Below are positions 18,770 to 26,624 of a stretch of DNA of 32,000 nucleotides, piece after piece. Source of the DNA: Synechococcus sp. A15-24 (GTDB taxonomy: Bacteria > Cyanobacteriota > Cyanobacteriia > PCC-6307 > Cyanobiaceae); contig NZ_CP047960.1 in assembly GCF_014280195.1 (NCBI RefSeq), positions 870,001 through 902,000 on the forward strand. The letters are read 5' to 3'. The position numbers were made by a program, and so were the translations under genes. The notes under the pieces are model-generated. The model did no database searches and had not been told where the DNA came from. It was given only the letters and a program-made list of their open reading frames with translations. Within the stretch, counting starts at the first letter, position 1. Each line of letters opens with the position of its first letter.

Positions 18770-19912
18770 GTGCAGACGTCCAAGCATCCTCAATCTTTTC
18801 TCCTCTCCCTCAACATTTTCTCTCCCGTGTTCGTCTTCTCAACCAAGCCACGTCTCAGATTCCTGCTTTTAGCCCTGCTTCTGCTCCCTTGCACTGCAGC
18901 CCGGCCTGTCATGGCCCATGGATCCCATGGGGGAGGAGATGAGGAACTTGAGGCTGGTGAGTTTGATTTCACTCCTCTGATTACCATCGAAGGGCATGGT
19001 GGGTTTGAAACCAACTTGGATGATAACCCCAAGCATTACGCCATTGATGGATTGTTTGGTGGCGTGTTCCAGTGGGGCTTGGGCAACGGCGGAAGTCTCA
19101 CGATTGAAGCCGCTGTGGGACCTTCAGTGGTGTGGGGTGAGGCTGAACATTTTTACGGGAAGGTGCATGTTGATGATGATCATGGCCATAGGGATGAGGA
19201 CCATCACGACCACGACGAGCATGCTGATAATGACCACGACGAGCATGCTGAGGATGATCATCACGACCACGACGAGCATGCTGATAATGACCACGACGAG
19301 CATGCTGAGGATGATCATCATGAGCACGCAGAGCATGCCCACGATGAACACGGGCATGGTGATCCTGAGCTGAAACGAACGGACGTTCGTGGTTTCCTTA
19401 GTGTGCGCTATGCACCCAATGATCGCCTCAGCCTCACGGTGGATTGGATGCCCTATTACGTCACCGAGGATCAAGGTGACGATATCCAGGGTTTAAAGAA
19501 TGAGTTAGGTGCTAAAGTGGTTTGGGCGCTTGGTGATGGTGACGTTGACTTCGCTTTGGGTGATGGTCTTGAGAGCATTCTCGAGGGCATTTTCCTCTCC
19601 GTGATGCACCGTCAGGGTTGGGAATCCGATGGCACCTGGATGGGCAACTACACCGATCCCCGCCTGGGCGTTGGCTTCAACATTGACCAGATCAATGTCA
19701 TCATCGATGCCGGGCCTCGTTTCTACACACCTGGCAGCTATTCAGGTTTGAGTCAGCGGACTGACTTTGCCGGTGAAGTGGAAGTCTCTATCCCCGTTGG
19801 CGATGCCGTTCTGTTCGCCCATTGGAAGCCGACCTACAGCCCGGATGATGCTCCTGGCTGGGGTGAGGGATGGCAGCACCACCTCGGCACGGGGGTGACC
19901 TTCAGCTTCTGA
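18770..19912 (+). CDS. secreted His/Asp/Glu-rich protein, possible outer-membrane beta-barrel
   Basis: Signal peptide (RLRFLLLALLLLPCTAARPVMA; alternative GTG start at 18827). About 65 aa of HD/HE repeats (HGHRDEDHHDHDEHADNDHDEHAEDD...). Alternating-hydrophobic strands and a C-terminal ...GTGVTFSF ending in Phe. Confidence 0.75.
   Translation: MQTSKHPQSFLLSLNIFSPVFVFSTKPRLRFLLLALLLLPCTAARPVMAHGSHGGGDEELEAGEFDFTPLITIEGHGGFETNLDDNPKHYAIDGLFGGVFQWGLGNGGSLTIEAAVGPSVVWGEAEHFYGKVHVDDDHGHRDEDHHDHDEHADNDHDEHAEDDHHDHDEHADNDHDEHAEDDHHEHAEHAHDEHGHGDPELKRTDVRGFLSVRYAPNDRLSLTVDWMPYYVTEDQGDDIQGLKNELGAKVVWALGDGDVDFALGDGLESILEGIFLSVMHRQGWESDGTWMGNYTDPRLGVGFNIDQINVIIDAGPRFYTPGSYSGLSQRTDFAGEVEVSIPVGDAVLFAHWKPTYSPDDAPGWGEGWQHHLGTGVTFSF
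19202..19315 (+). repeat. perfect 57-bp x2 in-frame tandem duplication inside the His-rich gene
   Basis: 19202-19258 is identical to 19259-19315 (CATCACGACCACGACGAGCATGCTGATAATGACCACGACGAGCATGCTGAGGATGAT). The 20-nt core GACCACGACGAGCATGCTGA occurs 4 times (19208, 19232, 19265, 19289). Confidence 0.95.
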
Positions 19913-21235
19913 TCAGCCCGCCGGCAGCCAGCGGGCCTCCTTGATCGGTTCGTCCATCACTTCCCTCAATCGGAGAGTGTCGGCCTCAATCAGGGCGGCT
20001 CGCCCGCCCTTCAGATCGGGTTGGGTCAACGTCATCAACAGATCGTTGCCAACGGAGTTGTGCTCCACCCCTGTTCCTGGCCTCAGGGTCCAGGGGGCCA
20101 GATTTCGCCGTTGAAGGACTGTGCCTTCGCTGTTGAACTGCACCATTTCATGCTGGCTGCGTTGGCCCTGCCAGATCCCCAACACCGCCCAGATCCGATC
20201 GCCGGAGCCATTGCAGCTCACCGCCAGCACGGCCTGGTCTCCGAGGTGGAGTTGTCGCGGGGCCAGGCCAGGGATCACCAGTTCGATGGAGCGGCGGTAG
20301 TCCGGCCAATGGCGGATCAGCACCGCTCGGCCTGACGTGGCGCAGAAGGCCCCAAGCTCACGGCTGCCCGGCAGCACTTGGGGAGCCTTGCCGTTGTCCT
20401 TGAGCGGCTGGATGCTGATGCCGTCGTAGCCCGGCACCACCAGGCCGCCGCCGGCTGGCAGCAACTGCACCGGTCCGGAGGAGGGCAGCTCCAGCATCTG
20501 TCGCTCGCCATTGGCCAGCAGCAGCTCAAGGGTTTCACTGCCCGGTTTCAATCCGCCGGTCTGCACCAGCAGATCGCCATTGAGGTTGCTGCTGATGTGT
20601 CCAAACAGCAGATCGCCCTCACTCAGTGGTTCCAGAACGCCTTGGGCGGGTACTCCCAGCTGCTGTTTCGATAGGGCAATGTTGCGAGGGGTGAGCCGTT
20701 TGCGCCAGATCGTCTCCTTTCCATTGCCGTTACTGCTCACCATGGCGACACCGCTGCCGTTGCCGAGGGGAACCAGGCTCTGCAGTGAGGCCCAGACAGG
20801 GCTGAGGGGATGCCACTGGCCTTGCCGGTCCTGCAGCTGCAGCTGCTCACCGCCCTCCACATGCCGCGTCACCAGCAACCACGGGCGTGGATCCCACCAT
20901 CGCGTCTGAGGCGTCATCGGTTGCATGCGCTGGTCACGGCCCGCCATCGTCAGTGCGATGGGGGCATCGATGGGCGTTATCCCTCCGAGGATCAACCGCA
21001 GTCGGTTGCCTTGGCCTAGCCAGCGATGGGGTAGTGCAGGGTCAAGGCTGCTTTCCGCCGCCAGGTTGTTGCGGTGCATCGCGCGGCTGAAGCTCAGGTC
21101 CACCGCCGCTCGGCCAGACTGCAGCGGCTGTGGTTCGACGCCAAGCAGCCGCGGGGCCCGTCGCAGCAGCAGCTGTTGCTGGAGGACCACGGTCGCAGCA
21201 GCCAACAGCAGCAGCAGCGTCAGCCTGCGCGTCAT
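19913..21235 (-). CDS. secreted/anchored hypothetical protein (N-terminal Ig-like segment, then repeat/beta-rich region)
   Basis: N-terminal hydrophobic anchor LTLLLLLAAATVVL. 440 aa with host-like codon bias. Its start overlaps the upstream gene by 4 nt, so it is probably the last gene of the permease operon. Confidence 0.65.
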   Translation of the reverse strand: MTRRLTLLLLLAAATVVLQQQLLLRRAPRLLGVEPQPLQSGRAAVDLSFSRAMHRNNLAAESSLDPALPHRWLGQGNRLRLILGGITPIDAPIALTMAGRDQRMQPMTPQTRWWDPRPWLLVTRHVEGGEQLQLQDRQGQWHPLSPVWASLQSLVPLGNGSGVAMVSSNGNGKETIWRKRLTPRNIALSKQQLGVPAQGVLEPLSEGDLLFGHISSNLNGDLLVQTGGLKPGSETLELLLANGERQMLELPSSGPVQLLPAGGGLVVPGYDGISIQPLKDNGKAPQVLPGSRELGAFCATSGRAVLIRHWPDYRRSIELVIPGLAPRQLHLGDQAVLAVSCNGSGDRIWAVLGIWQGQRSQHEMVQFNSEGTVLQRRNLAPWTLRPGTGVEHNSVGNDLLMTLTQPDLKGGRAALIEADTLRLREVMDEPIKEARWLPAG

Positions 21236-21885
21236 GGCTCCAGCGGTCGCTCGGGGCGGGGGATGGGCTTGATCACAGTCGGCACCACCACAGCGGTGGG
21301 TTCACCATTGCGCGGGGCGACCGTCATCCGGCCCTGAATCGCCAACCACTGGTTGGCTTTTGGTTCGGCATCTGCTGGCCAGGCCACCGCCAGTCCAGCT
21401 GGGGTGGCATCGGCCAGGCAACAGCGCACGGTGAGCCTGGCGATCAACGGCGGCCCCTCGGGTTGCCGCCACACGAAGCCGCTGATGTTGACGGGATTTC
21501 CGTCCACCAGCTGCGGGTCGGGCTGGCTGCGCAGCAGTCGCACCCATTCCGTGAGGCTGCGCTGCTCCGGCGGCAACACGAAGGCGAGCTCTGCTGGCTC
21601 CGGCAGACCCTGGGGGCGGTTGCTCGCCAGATCACTGAAGGAGGGGTTCGGGGGGATCAGCAACACCAGACAACCGAGTACTGCGCTGATCAGCCATGGC
21701 CAGCGCGTGGCCTCGCGGCGGCGGCGATGTCGGATCACCAGCAGGAGTCCTGCTGCGAGCAAAACGGCTCCAGAGGCACCGACCAGGCTGTGAAACACCC
21801 CACGCAGCAACAGATCCAGGTGGCCGCTCAGCACGCTCCAGATCACCATCCATCCCCACAGGATCAGCAGCAATCCGCGACTCAT
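21232..21885 (-). CDS. TIGR03943/DUF1980-family membrane protein (partner subunit of COG0701 permeases)
   Basis: N-terminal TM helices plus a C-terminal domain with the VRCCLADA (CCxxDA) motif. Located 13 nt downstream of a COG0701 permease, the usual pairing. Confidence 0.7.
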   Translation of the reverse strand: MSRGLLLILWGWMVIWSVLSGHLDLLLRGVFHSLVGASGAVLLAAGLLLVIRHRRRREATRWPWLISAVLGCLVLLIPPNPSFSDLASNRPQGLPEPAELAFVLPPEQRSLTEWVRLLRSQPDPQLVDGNPVNISGFVWRQPEGPPLIARLTVRCCLADATPAGLAVAWPADAEPKANQWLAIQGRMTVAPRNGEPTAVVVPTVIKPIPRPERPLEP

Positions 21886-21898
21886 GCCATCCCCCGGA

Positions 21899-22855
21899 TC
21901 ACAGCTGCCACAGGTTGACCCATTGGCCGATCAACAGCACCCCCAGGCTGGCTGCGGCGGCGGTGATCGCGATGGCGCGGGGCCGCATCAGCACGGTGAA
22001 CAATCCCGCCAATTTGAGGTCAACAACTGGTCCAAGCAACAGGAAGGCCAGTAGTGCCCCCGGCGTTACCTGCGCCGCGAAACCGAGGGCAAGGAAGGCA
22101 TCCACGCTCGAGCACACCGACACCACCACCGCCAGCAGCATCAACGCCAGGATTGATCCTGTCGGTGCCCCGCCGATCGCCAGCAGCCAGCTGCGCGGCA
22201 ACCAGGTCTGCACGGTGGCGGCGATGACGCAGCCGAGCACCAACAGAGCCAGCAGATCCAGGAATTCGCGACTGCTTTGATCCAGCACATCCCGCAGTAA
22301 TGGGCGCTGCGGCCGTTGGCCCGTGCTGGCTGGCAGCGGTGCGCCGATCAACCCGCTGCCCCGTTGCAGCAGGTCGAGTTTGCGCAGCGGTTGACTGAGG
22401 CGCCGTTCGCTCAACAACGCCGTTTCCAGCAGCTGTGCTTCAGGCAGTTGTGCCAGGAGCAAGCTCAGCAGGATGGCCAGAAGGAAAGCCCCCAGGGGTC
22501 TGGCGATCAGCAGCCAGGGTTGATCGGGAAAGGCCGCCCAGGTGCTCGCCAGCACGATTGGATTCAGCACCGGTGCTGCAAACAGGAATCCAAAGCCGGT
22601 GCCTAAGGGTGCGCCACTGGCGAGCAGGCGGCGGGCGACCGGCACATTGCCGCATTCACAGGCCGGCAGGGCGAACCCCATCAGTGCGCCGGTGATCGGG
22701 GCAAGCACTGGGTGACGGGGCAAGCGGCTGATCCAGGCCCCCTGGGGCACCAGCCAACGGGCCAGGCCTGCGATCACCACCCCCAGCAGCAGAAACGGAA
22801 TCGCCTCCAGGAGCAATCCTTGAAAGATCGCCCAGGCGGTGGCCACTCGTTCCAC
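21899..22855 (-). CDS. COG0701/DUF318 (ArsP-like) permease
   Basis: FQGLLLEAIPFLLLGVVIAG N-terminus and LPACECGNVPVARRL (CxC motif), with about 8 TM spans. Confidence 0.8.
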   Translation of the reverse strand: MERVATAWAIFQGLLLEAIPFLLLGVVIAGLARWLVPQGAWISRLPRHPVLAPITGALMGFALPACECGNVPVARRLLASGAPLGTGFGFLFAAPVLNPIVLASTWAAFPDQPWLLIARPLGAFLLAILLSLLLAQLPEAQLLETALLSERRLSQPLRKLDLLQRGSGLIGAPLPASTGQRPQRPLLRDVLDQSSREFLDLLALLVLGCVIAATVQTWLPRSWLLAIGGAPTGSILALMLLAVVVSVCSSVDAFLALGFAAQVTPGALLAFLLLGPVVDLKLAGLFTVLMRPRAIAITAAAASLGVLLIGQWVNLWQL

Positions 22856-22934
22856 GTTCTGGCAGTTGCACCAAAAGGGATTCTCACAGTTTTACCAGCC
22901 ATGGCGATAGCGGAGTGTGCGACGTTGAAGGCTG

Positions 22935-23234
22935 GTGCGGGAGCACGCGGTGGCGTTAGGGAGGGTGTTGTCAGGGCTGGTGTTGCTCTCGACCCTTGGG
23001 GCGGCTGCTCATGCCCAGACCCTCGACCAACGCTTTTTCCAGGTGCAGCTGCTGCTGGATCAGATCCAGCTGGCGGCATCGACAGGAGACGCCGCTGGGG
23101 TGTGCGCATTGTCCCGCCGCGCCAACGACCGCTTGCTCGACATTCTTCCGGCGCTGCAGCGGCAGCGCCCTGGGCTTGATCACGCGGCTCTCCAGGACCG
23201 GATTCTTCTGGGGTTCAGCCGCTGTGATCGGTAG
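22935..23234 (+). CDS. small secreted hypothetical protein
   Basis: 99-aa ORF with signal peptide LSGLVLLSTLGAAAHAQ and host-like codon bias. Confidence 0.45.
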   Translation: MREHAVALGRVLSGLVLLSTLGAAAHAQTLDQRFFQVQLLLDQIQLAASTGDAAGVCALSRRANDRLLDILPALQRQRPGLDHAALQDRILLGFSRCDR

Positions 23235-23293
23235 GTCCACTCATTGCTGAGCGTTGATCCGCGATCCAGGTTGTTGTCAGTGAATGCACAGCG

Positions 23294-23485
23294 ATGGGAT
23301 TGATCCAGACCCTTCAGAGCCGTCTGCTGCGCTATGAATCCACTGCGCTACGGGATCGACAGGCCCATTTCAGCGCTGCACGCAATCTGGCGCGGGCCCA
23401 GTTTCTTCTGGGGGAGGCTGAACTCAGTCAGCGGTTGTGGCAGGACGTCGCCGATCGGGGGCTGGATGTCGAGCGGATCGAATAG
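23294..23485 (+). CDS. small hypothetical protein
   Basis: 63-aa ORF with GC-rich third positions. No recognisable motif. Confidence 0.35.
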   Translation: MGLIQTLQSRLLRYESTALRDRQAHFSAARNLARAQFLLGEAELSQRLWQDVADRGLDVERIE

Positions 23486-23488
23486 CTG

Positions 23489-23599
23489 ATGTACGGCTGC
23501 TGGTTTCAGGACGATCCAGACGCCATGGCTGAGGCCGATGCGGCGTATCTGAGCCGGACTGCACCGCCCGAATCCCCCGGCATCTTCGAGCACTGTTAA
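23489..23599 (+). CDS. possible 36-aa micro-ORF, below the ORF-track cutoff
   Basis: ATG 3 nt after the upstream stop. Translation MYGCWFQDDPDAMAEADAAYLSRTAPPESPGIFEHC. Third positions are mostly G/C, as in host genes. Confidence 0.25.
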   Translation: MYGCWFQDDPDAMAEADAAYLSRTAPPESPGIFEHC

Positions 23600-23627
23600 T
23601 GGCTTTGCCGGTGGGTTTTGAGCTGCG

Positions 23628-24341
23628 GTGAACATCCTGCTGCTGCGTCCAGGGGACAACTGGCTTGATGCGAGCACGGTGCAGATCACTGATCACAGGG
23701 CTGATCACCTCCGTCAAGTGTTGCGATCAGCCGTGGGGGAGTCGATCCGGGTCGGCGTTGTGGGGGGTCAGCGGGGTGATGCACGGATCGAAGCGATCGA
23801 TGCCACCGGCGTGACCCTGAGGGTGGCCCTCGGCGAACCGCCCCCGCCACGGCACCGATTTGACATCGTGCTGGCTCTGCCGCGCCCGAAGATGCTGCGC
23901 CGGATCCTGCGCACCGTGGCGGAATACGGGGTCTGCAACCTCCACCTGATCAACACTGCCCGGGTGGAGAAGAGCTTCTGGCAAACCCCGCTTCTGTCGA
24001 CTGACAAGGTGGAGGAGGCCCTGATGGCAGGGATGGAACGAGCCCAAGACACCGTAGCGCCGGTGGTCCATCAGCACCGGTTGTTTCGCCCGTTTGTGGA
24101 GGATCAACTGTCGACGATCTGCGCCGGTCGCCCCTGCTGGCTGGCGGAGATGGGATCAGCCCTGGCCCTTTCAGCGACCCCCGCCGTACCGGCGGTGGTG
24201 ATGATCGGTCCGGAGGGGGGCTTTGTTCCCTTCGAATTGGAGTTGGCCAAGGTGGTGATCGCGCAGCCGGTGCATCTGGGCACTCGGGTGCTCAGCGTGG
24301 ATACGGCATTGACGGCCGCATTGGCGCTGGGTTGGGGATGA
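23628..24341 (+). CDS. rsmE: 16S rRNA (uracil1498-N3)-methyltransferase
   Basis: PUA-like N-terminus (HRADHLRQVLR), LALPRPKMLRRILRTVAEYGV, and the SPOUT knot IGPEGGF...E near the C-terminus. Confidence 0.8.
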   Translation: MNILLLRPGDNWLDASTVQITDHRADHLRQVLRSAVGESIRVGVVGGQRGDARIEAIDATGVTLRVALGEPPPPRHRFDIVLALPRPKMLRRILRTVAEYGVCNLHLINTARVEKSFWQTPLLSTDKVEEALMAGMERAQDTVAPVVHQHRLFRPFVEDQLSTICAGRPCWLAEMGSALALSATPAVPAVVMIGPEGGFVPFELELAKVVIAQPVHLGTRVLSVDTALTAALALGWG

Positions 24342-24685
24342 TGGATGGCAACGTCAACACTGCATCGATGGGTGAGATGAACGACCAGGCCGGACTGGAG
24401 GCATTGGTGGCAGATCTGGGCAGCGGCAATGTGATCGATGCCGAGCTGCTGGAGGGTTGTTCGGTGGAGGCCCATGAGCTGGATGAGATGGGACCTGAGG
24501 AGGCGGCCCAGGTCGCTGCCCACTGTTTTGCCACCTTGTTTGGCCACACCGTGGAGTCCGCACAAGGCAGCGAGGCCGATGCGGATGCAGGCCGCTGGGC
24601 CGGAACGCTGGACGGCTTTGGGTTTGTGATCCGCCGGGATGACCTGGGGGATTTGGTGTTGGACTTCAGCGGGCCGGCGTCCTGA
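24332..24685 (+). CDS. acidic hypothetical protein
   Basis: 117-aa ORF overlapping the rsmE stop. Host-like codon bias and no motif I can name. Confidence 0.45.
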   Translation: MGMMDGNVNTASMGEMNDQAGLEALVADLGSGNVIDAELLEGCSVEAHELDEMGPEEAAQVAAHCFATLFGHTVESAQGSEADADAGRWAGTLDGFGFVIRRDDLGDLVLDFSGPAS

Positions 24686-24947
24686 TCAGCAGCAAGAGTC
24701 CGGAGATGGTCACCACGACGGTGAGCCCCCCGAGGATCACCGAATAGATCGGCTGCAGGTTGATCGGCCCGAAGTCTCCGGTGTGGATCTTCAGCAGCCA
24801 AAAGGCATCGATGTCCTGCTCCAGCAGCAGGCTGTAAAGGGAACCGGTTCCAGCCGTCAGCAGCAGCGGTGCTGCAGCGATCGGCACCAGCCTGCGGTGC
24901 AGGCGTCGAGCCTGGCGCTGTTGATTGCGGTTGGGCTGCCTCGTCAT
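24666..24947 (-). CDS. small two-TM membrane protein
   Basis: 93-aa ORF with a basic N-terminus and two hydrophobic spans. Overlaps the upstream gene by 4 nt. Confidence 0.5.
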   Translation of the reverse strand: MTRQPNRNQQRQARRLHRRLVPIAAAPLLLTAGTGSLYSLLLEQDIDAFWLLKIHTGDFGPINLQPIYSVILGGLTVVVTISGLLLLIRTPAR

Positions 24948-25153
24948 TGCTTGCGCATCTGCTGATGCAATTCCCTTTCATCGGAGCAGGGCATCCAACG
25001 ACCGTTGTTCTGGTGAACCGTGGAGCAACCGATCTCCACCGCGCGGCTCATGGCCTCGGCTTGGCTGTCGTACATCCCCTTGCGATGGGCCTGAGCCCAA
25101 CCGCTGTGGAGAAGGGATGTGCCAAGGAGTGCGAAGAGAGCGAAACGATGCAT
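24944..25153 (-). CDS. small secreted DUF3721-like protein
   Basis: Signal peptide MHRFALFALLGTSLLHSGWAQA, then GCSTVHQNNGRWMPC. This matches the GC..H....WMPC motif of DUF3721, common in marine picocyanobacteria and cyanophages (recalled from memory). Confidence 0.6.
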   Translation of the reverse strand: MHRFALFALLGTSLLHSGWAQAHRKGMYDSQAEAMSRAVEIGCSTVHQNNGRWMPCSDERELHQQMRKQ

Positions 25154-25169
25154 CGAACCGGACCCTGGA

Positions 25170-25427
25170 TCAACGGCCTTCGCAATGTTGAAAGGCCTTG
25201 AGCTCGTTCATTCTGCCGGGCCCCTGCTGGCTGCCGGGATTGATGGCATCACGCATCTGGATCTGCGCATCGACGCAACGGTTGAAGCGCTGATGTCTGA
25301 CCGCCTGAGGAATGAGCAGCATGGCCATGGTGAACAGGCTCAAGCTGCTGACGGCAGCCAGCACGGGGTAGGCGTGGGCTCGCACCATCTCCCGGGCGGA
25401 GAGGGTCTTGTCGTTGTGGTCGGTCAT
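25170..25427 (-). CDS. small membrane protein, unknown function
   Basis: Start preferred at ATG 25427 (MTDHNDKTLSAREMV...). One TM span (YPVLAAVSSLSLFTMAMLLI). Last host-like gene before the repeat-bounded region. Confidence 0.45.
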   Translation of the reverse strand: MTDHNDKTLSAREMVRAHAYPVLAAVSSLSLFTMAMLLIPQAVRHQRFNRCVDAQIQMRDAINPGSQQGPGRMNELKAFQHCEGR

Positions 25428-25462
25428 GACCTGGCACCTTGCTTGGTCATTCTGGAGTGATG

Positions 25463-25680
25463 TCGATGGAGCCTTGCGTGGCCGGTAGCTTGTGGAGCCG
25501 ATCCGAGCCCAGGGCCACACGCCACTTGGTGAGCCAATCCCGTTCTGCGAATCCAGCTGACCAGCGCTGGGGTTTCTGGCCGCTGCTGCCGCTCACTTTT
25601 TAGTTGTAGGAACCAGTCTGAGGTGCTTGTCCCTGAGTTGTCCCTCATTTTTTGTGCAACTGGGCTGGATTGTGGGCAAG
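25463..25680 (+). repeat. island junction repeat, copy A
   Basis: Shares a perfect 29-mer CAGCGCTGGGGTTTCTGGCCGCTGCTGCC (25562-25590 = 29814-29842) and 16-mer TTTTGTGCAACTGGGC (25650-25665 = 29902-29917) with copy C, plus weaker flanking similarity. Carries an extra insert of about 50 nt relative to C. Confidence 0.8.
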
Positions 25681-25745
25681 TGAGGGGTGTGTTTATTGGT
25701 TTGAGGGTTGGTTGCTGAAGCAGGTTTGTGTTTTGTGTTGTCAGA

Positions 25746-25928
25746 TCAGATGAGATCGGGCTGATAGTTGATGAGATCGTCGCGATTGATGTTGAGGAGC
25801 GTGGTTTTGATGTTTTGGTCTGAGTCTTTGAGCACGAGCAGGTCGGCGGCCAGGGCGGCAGCGGGCTGATGCACCCGGTAATGCTGATCACTGCTGCTAC
25901 CGAAGCTGCCGATCAAAACAATGCGCAT
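25746..25928 (-). pseudogene. truncated gene remnant (only about 60 codons, N-terminal MRIVLIGSFGSS...)
   Basis: The ORF looks like the N-terminus of a larger Rossmann or glycosyltransferase-like protein but stops after 60 aa, next to repeat copy A. Confidence 0.3.
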
Positions 25929-26109
25929 GGTGCTCAGCTACGGGTGGCGTTGATCACTGTTTGCAGTGGTGCAGGCCAGCCGGTTTCGATTGGGCTTGAG
26001 CCGTTGGACCTCTCGTTGGGCGTGTCTAATGACGGCGTCAACAGCCTCGATGTCGCAACCCAGCGCAAGGATGGTGCTGGCTTGAGTCGGGATGCGCTCA
26101 AGGGGGGGG

Positions 26110-26325
26110 CAGTGCGTGAAGGCACTTCTCGCGGCTCAAAGACACTCTGATGCCAATCAGCAGAAGCGCCTGCCCGCGATCCATTCCTCATCAGAATCAC
26201 TGCATCGACAGTGAGCGTTGTAGCTGGAGCAGGTTTGAATCCTGCCGATCAACGCTAATGATTCTCGGCGTTGCTTCTGATTAATAGTGTTCGCTAATAG
26301 ATAGCTTGAGATTCTTGTGCCTGAT
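26110..26325 (+). repeat. island junction repeat, copy B (most diverged)
   Basis: Perfect 17-mer CAGAATCACTGCATCGA (26192-26208 = 29756-29772). Alignable with copy C through GCTGGAGC.GGT.TGAATCCTGC..ATCA.CGCT and, with gaps, to about 26325. Confidence 0.7.
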
Positions 26326-26624
26326 GTGTTTCTGTTGTTCTGTGTGTCTGTTCAAATCATGATAAAGCTCGACAGGATGGCCTTCTATGAGTTTGCGACT
26401 CTCTTGAGCTGAAAAGGAAACTAAGGGTTGTACAGCAAAGTATGCTTTTCTTGGGCGCAAGTTGATATTTTGGATTCAAACAAATAATGCCTTTCAGCTT
26501 TTCCACTCTCTGTGAATCTTATAACAAATGCCAAGCACGGCTTTGCGGGCAGCCAGTGGCTTCGGCAAAAACAAGCATTACCAATACCGTTTCTTCTAGC
26601 TTTGTAAGGAGAAATGGCCAACAC

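Noticed and set aside
18996-19474. ORFs 18996-19373 (+) and 19124-19474 (-) with odd repetitive MIIT/VVVI peptides.
   Set aside because: They are off-frame and antisense readings of the His/Asp codon repeat inside the His-rich gene.
25424-25891. ORFs 25424-25891 (-) and 29451-29861 (-) share the peptide QQRPETPAL, which looks like a small paralogous protein family.
   Set aside because: The shared peptide is just the perfect 29-mer of the junction repeat translated. The remaining sequence is low-complexity and crosses repeat and gene boundaries.
26229-26253. tRNA T-arm-like hairpin GCAGG-TTTGAAT-CCTGC followed by CGATCAA-C in repeat copy B (decayed in A and C), suggesting a tRNA 3' fragment used as an att site.
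   Set aside because: I could not fold the upstream 50-60 nt into D and anticodon arms. No matching 5' acceptor strand (TTGATCG) is in the right place, and there is no CCA or discriminator context. I keep it only as a weak hint inside the repeat finding, not as a tRNA or pseudo-tRNA call. tRNAscan-SE/ARAGORN on the full genome would settle it.
26462-26490. Possible sigma-70-type promoter for the PKS operon (TTGATA ... AATAAT).
   Set aside because: The spacer is only about 15 nt. The region is generally AT-rich, so such hexamers arise by chance. It cannot be supported without TSS data.
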